Shown here one piece after another: positions 50,701-55,908 of a DNA stretch of 55,908 nucleotides. Position numbers and translations under genes: made by a program. Numbering within the stretch: position 1 is the stretch's first letter; every line of letters starts with the position of its first letter. The notes under the pieces were generated by a model, which was given only the letters and a program-made list of their open reading frames with translations, did no database searches and was not told the origin of the DNA. This DNA comes from Rhizaria sp. SCN 62-66. Its lineage: Eukaryota. The stretch spans positions 124,001 through 179,908 of the forward strand of contig MEDY01000023.1 of assembly GCA_001724265.1 (NCBI GenBank), written 5' to 3'.

Positions 50701-53671
50701 GTACGACAACCACCACGCCGTGCCCGTCGCGGAGCATCACAAGACGCCCTTCCTCTCGCTCTCAGTCACCAAGGTCAACTCGCGCGAAAGCAAGAGTGCC
50801 GCGAACGCTGCTTCAGCTGCGTCTACGACCACAAGCACTAGCAAACGCAGGTCGAACAACACCACCACCGCTGCTGCCGCTGCCACAGTCGCTGCTCCCG
50901 CGTTGTCGCTGGAAGACACATACTACGTCGCCGGCGCGGCCGCAGTGCAGTCCGTACTGGCGGGGCTACTGCCGCCGCGGCTGCTTGCGCGGCAGTTCCG
51001 CGTCTTCACGGCCTCAGTCGCGCCGCTGGCCGCGCGCGGGGACGCCGCCGCAACGACCGCGCGCGCCACGGCCGCGCTCGAGCGCGCGTGGCGCAGCGAC
51101 CAACTGCGGCTCGCCAACGAGCTCGTCGTGCTCACGGCGCCCATCGCTCGCCTGGCGGGCTTTGCGCCCGGCAACACTCACATGGCGCTCGCGCGGCAGC
51201 GGCTGGAGCGGCTCAAGGAGCGGCTGCACGAGTACGCGCTCGAGGCCGCCGCGCTGCGCCGCGTGCTGCCCGTGCTGCGCGTCGCGCGCAAGGCGTGGGC
51301 CGGCGAGCCCGAGCGGCTGCGTGCGCGGCTCACGGCGCTTGCGGACCAGCTGCTCGCCGCGCTCGTGAGGACCGCGGACGCGCTGAACCGTCACGTCGAG
51401 TTCCTCGAGAACGCCGTCGCCGCAGAGGACCCCAGCACGCTGCACTGGGCCGCCGTCGCCGCCGCCCAGCTCGCCGGCGACGCCATCGCCGCCGCCAGAG
51501 CCGCGGACGCTGCCAGCGCTGCCTCTGCCAAAGCCTCCGCTAACAGCGGCAAGGACAGCGAGGATGAGGACGCGGCGGCGCTGCTGGCGCTGGTTAAGTC
51601 CACGGCGCCCGACGCCGTTGCAGCATGGCAGCTGCGCGTGTGGGCGCGCTGCACGGCGAGCCAGGCGCGCGGGCTGCTGGAGGAAGTCAACGCGCACGAG
51701 CTGCAGCAGGTTTGCGACTACGGTCCGCGCGTGTCGCGCGTCGGCGACACTTACCACGCCGTGCCGCTGCCGCGCCTTCTGTCGGCCAAGGAGCAGACGC
51801 GCGACGCACCGCTGCTGGAACGTCTGGCGCCGCGGGACCCGCTCGCGGCGCGCGGCGTCGACTGGTTGAATCAGTCGCTCGAGCCCATGCTCTTTGCCAC
51901 CGAGTACGCGCCCTGGGCGCGCGGCAAGCGCCCGCGCGTCGCAGAAGTCAAGGGCGGCTTTGTGGCGTGGCAGCCGCCGATCCTGCCGTTTCCCTGGGAG
52001 GCCGCGGCGGCGGCACGCTGCCAACTTGGCCACAGCGCGTACCGTGCGCGCCACAAGTTCTCCCCGCTTGAGACGGACGTACGTGAGGCTGTGCTGACAC
52101 TCAGCGGTGGCACCGCGCCTTACACACTCGCCGGCGCGGCCACCAACGCCGCGTTCGCCGAGTTTGGCCCGCACGCGGCGCCGCGGCCGTCTGCTGCGGA
52201 GCCCGACGGCCACATCGCGTCCTTTGTGTCGCTGCCGCTTAACGCGCCCGAGAAAGCCTACGCCGCGCTGCTCACCGCGCCCGGGTTCGCGCGCGCCATT
52301 GCCGAAGTGCAGCGTGCGCTGCTGCGCCTCGCCGGCTCGCGGTCCCAGAACAGCGCCAACATCAGTGCCGGTGGCAGCAGCCGCAGCAAGAACAACAACA
52401 GCAACAACAACACTCGCGGCACTAAGCCCGCGCTCCCGCAGCTGCGCGGCGCGGGGCTGCTGCGACCCGCCGCGGTGCTCGCGGCCGCGTTGGTGGGCGA
52501 AGACGCCACGCGCGATCCGTCCTGGGGCGCCCCGCGGCCTGACCTCGTTGCCGCCTTGAGCTCTGCGGACAAGTGCAACGCCGCGATGACTGACGGCAAC
52601 GACAACGACGACGACAGCACCAAGATTAAGAACGAGTCTGGTCTGTCCGCGTCCAACGTCTTGCCACAGCCTGCGTCCCGCTCCGGTGGCGTCCCGCCGT
52701 CGCGCTCGACCTCCGCGGCGGCCGCGACACGCGGTGCGGACCTGCAGGCGAGCGGCGACGTTAGCGCCGAGACGTGGGTTGCGGTGTTGCACGAGAACGA
52801 AGCGCGCGTCCGCCGCTGCGCCGCGCCAAGCGGGCTCGGCGCGCCCGCGCTGCTGGCCACCGCGCGCGGGCTCACGCTCGTGGCGCCGCGCGCGGACCCG
52901 TTCGTCGCGCTGATCGGCGGCGTTGCGCACCACGGGTTCGGCAGCGACAGCGGCGCCGCACTCGTGCCGCGCGTGGCGGGCTGGATGGGGCTGCGATATG
53001 CGCCTGACGCGCCCAACAAGCCCACAGCCGCGGGCGGCGCGTGGGCGCGTGGCGCCGCGTCAACCAGGGACGGCGACTGGGACATGATCCCGGCCGAGGG
53101 CGAAGGACTGGGCTCCGCCGCTCGGCGCGCGGCGGCGCAGCGCGTGCCCATGCCGTACAACCCGATCGGCGCCTTTAACTCGCTCTACGTGGGCAACTCG
53201 CTCACGCTCTTCGCGCTCGACCCTGGCGGGCTGTCGGATGACGATAGGCCGAGCAGCGGCAGTGACGACAGCAGCAGTGACGGCAGCGGCAGCGACGGCG
53301 AGGGCGGCGCCGGTGCCGGCGGCGACGACGACAGTGCGAGCGCGTCGGACGACTACAGCGACGAAACCGAGGACGACGAGGTTGACGCGGCCATCGCGGC
53401 GGCCAGGGCGGCGGCCAGGGCGGCCGCGGCGGCCAGGGCTCCCGCGCGCAGGAACAGGCGCCGCTCTGGTGCCGCCGTGGCCAGGAGCGCCGCACGGCCG
53501 CGCAGGCGCGTGGTTCCTGTCGCTGCCGGAGCTACAGCTGGCACTGCCGCTGGCACTGTTGCTAGTAGGGCTGCTGCCGCAGGCTCGGCAGCAAGGAGTG
53601 GAGGTTCGCGCAAGCGCGGTGGCGATGCGGCTGATCCGCCGACGGTCAAGCGCAGTAGGCATCGCCGCTAA
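44750..53671 (+). CDS. Very large uncharacterised, probably nuclear protein (2973 aa)
   Basis: Uninterrupted 8.9 kb ORF with acidic and Arg-rich tracts, an NLS-like C-terminus (RKRGG...KRSRHRR) and a weak ELM2-like motif SRVGDTYHAVPLP near 51730-51770. Stop is TAA. Confidence 0.8.
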   Translation: MSRIPDRSNGHTPAPAAASATAAAVAAAAAAASAASSPAPLPASALGPGAGAPISSTLFAVLATSSSRSAIRNNAAAAAAAAHAAANVAAAAAAANAAAAAAAAAADESDTDDRDQDRDRERGRNRDRLRARDSGPWFSRSSAYSDLAEGFSPRALASPRGWAAALPQHRVCVYDSARPLAALLTEVAVPAIALGIALLDSPITPAVVAAAAVGDPRVAMLLGHPDDPALSKLAALPLNDSSGSGNVGIVSSSGSSRRAAAQQQQQQQQQRSQQLQLLLPSPVPASAQPAELALWRALSWSGAEWAAALGPRRSAAMAGPPPPRLAVSARTAARIVRTLKGGSDSGASGGSAGGDKSVGGHEHNGNDNDDDADADGDGDGNKDGDNYDGVDDDDSDDSGGGRSNTAGRRSRSRKGGRGGRGGASSSGGGARRSRASAAPGAATSWEVRCNLAAALSAQLQDVRRAVPTQHAGPVLADPSQAETDALLLPRRAVLDLYALLLLLRRARPHVHDHFLRWQQRRRSALSSARLRARQRSEELDEDAWRDAYNAMNSIPGRFPRLVVLFTQRGSETITAPETGSGDSSSSMSSSSPSDGNNSSDIIVKTACKVVRRSPHPPALSAWTLSQSSDNAATSADTATVTASASANAKKQRQSAVTDGDNDVTASAGATVLEPPGGCKTWLGAFRSALAKAQLAHARRAEAALVRAGEPGDEWEVDVLVELTWRVDLPALKADERFSTYVAVGTLPPPTMMTTTTTMTTPTPSSAPAVSSFGSAASSSQRSADLRSGSGSSPFGSGGGGGVIGGSDQLLCAPVPAAPLVHAAAVLPHAAALARAVAAAAARAPGPRQPLPPRGPEPWGEEVAGAEPPHAVLSTADATDPLPLINSYPLSDPAYPVVAETDVPGACLSTNLLDGALSAAVLTRLPATQVFYQRLCFLQARRLLQHYAQDVLVTRAAPFAPPPPAALAPVGGLPVRAALAHAVAGLPRVPGFPLPTLPAALVARARADLRAEAPHRERDFLASVGGARRNHTAAFVPPLGAGAMQPQLLLPSQAEARAASAAAAALYRYTTLPVSLRAVENHYDFAAQAREHVFPSLHDVLGAEFPVHVAVAAPYDTTTALSVDALRHGLAFNAKPLTAADAMTDADEDAADVTTVPSAAFTLEPVAESGTTATTTSGSVRGGAAAVTVAAAAASGAAVSAAVTAGDVPLFLAMDTPPLRTLRLLELSQGTADALPALAGPSKALLPLLAPLQGAGDFSDLASAAPGAAADAELQAILQDTARTGGRTGGRRRGGDDADADADANAAADGAPRRRRQRSDAGVPRRRGRTTGASLGGATRRGARGARRRRGRHDYYSEDDDDDGDGTVDDDDDDNDDDDDEEEEEDEEDEAESNETAEAKRSRSGSRGGRPQAKAAANATGSGNGNGNGNASADDDDDDDAVAAGGAGVRAAGGDGPRARRQRNPSIEPRYRGPKRTPEEMRAARAAAAVLRRRALKEAALAAANNGTAPAPATTKGGESSGAAAAAAAVVALSAGAALAGRVGAAPSFAVQPPPPPTTAAAHAAAAARALLRSQDSQVPAATVATPFHPRFAVSRERIALMLLIVATAAGAPGTAHAPPTDCDAVAALMLADDSSDSDGCNGNSGGDDDSGCEDAVYNGERLRCSKAQARLERSALRRYTRATPSAVSATAPLAGADAASGRTPEQWALFWSAWARALVAAASRAIAGLATTSAGRNPALWPALGPAAPVPSTDAAVYGDDDLPASKADVKAALRRARETPFADSAESEVAAPAVLLGARQILGLPQRDRPPAPPAQAPAAAADGFFGAVATHTQLAAGSEVGEMARATLKGGEEALETAIAWVYARIGAGNAEYLGSADASIAAVAATAARDAKVEEGENDKARATASAAASATASSASASASTKIKTESGSSNSKTTVATATGSASAKKTPESRFPPGASAVSARAGYTWNADFASNVPTLPYDNHHAVPVAEHHKTPFLSLSVTKVNSRESKSAANAASAASTTTSTSKRRSNNTTTAAAAATVAAPALSLEDTYYVAGAAAVQSVLAGLLPPRLLARQFRVFTASVAPLAARGDAAATTARATAALERAWRSDQLRLANELVVLTAPIARLAGFAPGNTHMALARQRLERLKERLHEYALEAAALRRVLPVLRVARKAWAGEPERLRARLTALADQLLAALVRTADALNRHVEFLENAVAAEDPSTLHWAAVAAAQLAGDAIAAARAADAASAASAKASANSGKDSEDEDAAALLALVKSTAPDAVAAWQLRVWARCTASQARGLLEEVNAHELQQVCDYGPRVSRVGDTYHAVPLPRLLSAKEQTRDAPLLERLAPRDPLAARGVDWLNQSLEPMLFATEYAPWARGKRPRVAEVKGGFVAWQPPILPFPWEAAAAARCQLGHSAYRARHKFSPLETDVREAVLTLSGGTAPYTLAGAATNAAFAEFGPHAAPRPSAAEPDGHIASFVSLPLNAPEKAYAALLTAPGFARAIAEVQRALLRLAGSRSQNSANISAGGSSRSKNNNSNNNTRGTKPALPQLRGAGLLRPAAVLAAALVGEDATRDPSWGAPRPDLVAALSSADKCNAAMTDGNDNDDDSTKIKNESGLSASNVLPQPASRSGGVPPSRSTSAAAATRGADLQASGDVSAETWVAVLHENEARVRRCAAPSGLGAPALLATARGLTLVAPRADPFVALIGGVAHHGFGSDSGAALVPRVAGWMGLRYAPDAPNKPTAAGGAWARGAASTRDGDWDMIPAEGEGLGSAARRAAAQRVPMPYNPIGAFNSLYVGNSLTLFALDPGGLSDDDRPSSGSDDSSSDGSGSDGEGGAGAGGDDDSASASDDYSDETEDDEVDAAIAAARAAARAAAAARAPARRNRRRSGAAVARSAARPRRRVVPVAAGATAGTAAGTVASRAAAAGSAARSGGSRKRGGDAADPPTVKRSRHRR

Positions 53672-54458
53672 ATGTGCGTTTGAGTCTGCAACCAGTCATT
53701 TGTGTCGCAGGCTGCAAATGGAGGGAACTCACTTACTCGCATGGCAATCTAACACAATGCAATAAAGCTTATTTTTGTATGATTATGGGACTATTATAAA
53801 GATGTAGTCATTTTTTATTCAGCGCTAGATATTATAAAGACACAAACCCCTATTTTTCTCCGATGTCTGTGGATTTGAACTACGTAATATTCATTGTAAG
53901 CTTGCGTCGGAAGCAACCCAAAACTTGCCTCAATTTTAAGAGTGAAGTTCCGTTGTGACGAATGAATGTGCCGGCATGGGATACTTGGGGCATATCTCTG
54001 TTCTAGAACCACCGCAGCATCGCGGCGTCCAAAGGCGCTTCCGGCACACACGACATCATGCGACCAACGGGTTCAGCGCCACGCAGAAGGTGAACCGAGT
54101 AGCCCACGCTCCTACATCGCGTCGTAAAGCCGGAGAAAGAAGAAAAGATGCCACGCTGCCTCGTTTGCTCATTATAAAGTTTTGCCCGCATGACAATGTC
54201 AGATGTTGTCATATCGGGCTCGTGCACCAAACAGCGCGTGCAATCCGCAATGCGTTCGCGCGCCCGAGGCGGTCTAGTGGCCTACAGGCTACCGCGAGCC
54301 GGGTGACATTAGGTCACTGGAGCACATCAACACGATTCTCGGTCTCGCTGACCGCACGGGGGCAGAAGATATAAGGCCTTGTGACGCACGACATTTTACA
54401 TATTTTCGCGCGTAACAGGCCTACCTTGACGTTACCTACGCAGCGTACTGTTAGACAG

Positions 54459-54711
54459 TGCTTTACCACCCCTGCGCGACCACCCCTGCGCGAGCACTTG
54501 CGTTGACGGGGTCGACGGCGCGGTCATTAAGGCGGTCAACAACATCTTCAAGGACGGCAGCGAGAGCTTCTGGGCGCAGATCCGTGACATCCACAAGAAG
54601 GGCGCGCGCCGCCTCAAGCGCACCACCAAGACTCAGTGCAGCCCGGCGCAAGTGAAACGCAAGCGGGGTCGGCCCAAGAAGAGCGGAAAAGGAAGTGTGT
54701 GTACACAATAA
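54459..54711 (+). pseudogene. Orphan coding-like exon or gene fragment ending in an AT-hook
   Basis: Open frame ...CVDGVDGAVIKAVNNIFKDGSESFWAQIRDIHKKGARRLKR...KRKRGRPKK...TAA(54709-54711) with GC3-rich codons. It has no in-frame ATG, and a 14-nt tandem duplication lies at 54465-54492. Confidence 0.45.
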
Positions 54712-55378
54712 ACACAACCTTTATTTCGCGACAGGCAATTGTTGTACGAAGGAGATTTTATGCAGAATGTCGACTGTAACAGTATTAATACATCAGATTT
54801 GACAATCCATAAACTTTCTCATCACACAAAATCGCCGTTGTGATTGTGCGCAATTGGTTAGCAATCTCACATTGCGATTGCTCACACTTTGACTCCACTG
54901 TTAGAGTTAGAGGATCCAAGTCCAAGTGGAAAAGGTCGATTTGTATTGAGTTATTATGATATCATGAATTGCACCAAAGTGGTACCAATTCCATCGGTTA
55001 GTTCTGGAGACTTCCGGAACTGTGGAATTGCTCACAGTAACATCCACGACCTGCCCCGACCCAGAGGTCTCAAAAGAGCGTCGCTCACAGTCACGTTAGA
55101 GCCTAACGGTCACTCGAGGAGGCGGCTCTTAGAGGAACTTTTGGGTGAGGAAAACGGCATGCAGACAGATGTTCTTGATATGAGAATGGTTGCTTATTGT
55201 TATGTTTGTTGTGTTCTGTTTGCTTTGTTTAAAGGGTCGAGTTGATGTCGCCACCAGCGCAGCGCGGAGTTGGACCTTTTTGGTTGCTCGCCCTTCTTCA
55301 CACTGACCACGGAGTGGTTTGCCTCTTGCTAACCGTTTACCTTTTGTTGTTGTCTGTTTGCTTTCCTTACGCAGAGAC

Positions 55379-55781
55379 ATGGCTACGCCCGAGGATCGCA
55401 TGCTGGACTCCGTCCTCCGTCGCCTCGAAGTGGCCAACCAGGCCCTGTTTAAGACCGTTGGCAAGGAGGCGCGCGAGACCATCCAGGCCCAGCTGACCGA
55501 ACTCAAGCTGGAAAAGGACCTTATTGTGGCCAAGATTGAAGTCCGCAACAAGATGAACTCCGTCCTCCATCGCCTCCAAGAGGCCAACCAGGCCCTGTAT
55601 AAGACCGTTGACTAGAAGCTCCGCACGACCATCCAGGCTTAGCTGGCCGAATTCAAGCTGGAGAATGACCTCGCTGAGGCCAAGATGGACGCCCTCAACA
55701 AGGTGGACGGGGCTCAGGAGCGTGTTACTCGCTCCCAAGAAGCCCTCGACGCCTTCAAGCGCTCCGCGGCGGCACCTGTCG
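55379..55781 (+). CDS. First coding exon of a coiled-coil repeat protein containing two in-frame TAG codons; gene continues beyond the window
   Basis: ATG 55379 follows CTAAC/polypyrimidine/CAG. Two 50-aa repeats follow. The frame stays open, apart from TAGs at 55613-55615 and 55640-55642, up to a consensus donor G|GTACGT at 55782. Confidence 0.7.
55406..55702 (+). repeat. Internal tandem duplication with a period of 150 nt (50 aa)
   Basis: Copy 1 DSVLRRLEVANQALFKTVGKEARETIQAQLTELKLEKDLIVAKIEVRNK versus copy 2 NSVLHRLQEANQALYKTVD*KLRTTIQA*LAEFKLENDLAEAKMDALNK. Confidence 0.9.
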
Positions 55782-55865
55782 GTACGTTTCTGTCTGCTGT
55801 TGCTCTTTGCTGTTGCTCTGTTGGCGTGCTTGTTTTGACTGCTGTTGTTTAGTATGGTTGGCTCA

Positions 55866-55870
<5 letters not shown>

Positions 55871-55908
<38 letters not shown>
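55871..55908 (+). repeat. (CT)n microsatellite inside an intron, running to the window end
   Basis: Perfect CT dinucleotide run downstream of the donor at 55782. Confidence 0.95.

Noticed and set aside
30594-53671. Ciliate-type code with both UAA and UAG as Gln
   Set aside because: TAA terminates six modelled genes, including at conserved C-termini, and no in-frame TAA was seen.
55406-55702. CRISPR-like or prokaryotic defence interpretation of the repeats
   Set aside because: The repeats are in-frame coding duplications in an intron-containing eukaryotic locus, with no spacers or cas genes.

Overview
Gene-dense, GC-rich eukaryotic (protist-like) nuclear DNA with about 13 protein-coding genes, short AT-rich spliceosomal introns (donor nearly always GTACG) and long poly-Ala/Gln/Asn/Ser insertions. 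Recognisable genes are an AGFG-type ArfGAP, an LRRC45-like LRR/coiled-coil protein, a Myb/SANT-like acidic protein, a coiled-coil+PDZ protein, MON2, DENR/TMA22, a ferric reductase/NOX-family flavocytochrome and a PP2C phosphatase; the rest are large uncharacterised proteins. The main finding is evidence for a non-standard genetic code in which UAG is a sense codon, probably Gln, while UAA and UGA remain stops. Four in-frame TAGs interrupt two otherwise intact genes, one of them aligns exactly with CAG in an internal repeat, and none of the 12 modelled gene ends uses TAG. A second pattern is that nearly every start codon sits just downstream of a 3' splice-acceptor-like site with no nearby strong donor, which may indicate spliced-leader trans-splicing or systematic 5'UTR introns. 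The organism cannot be identified from this window.
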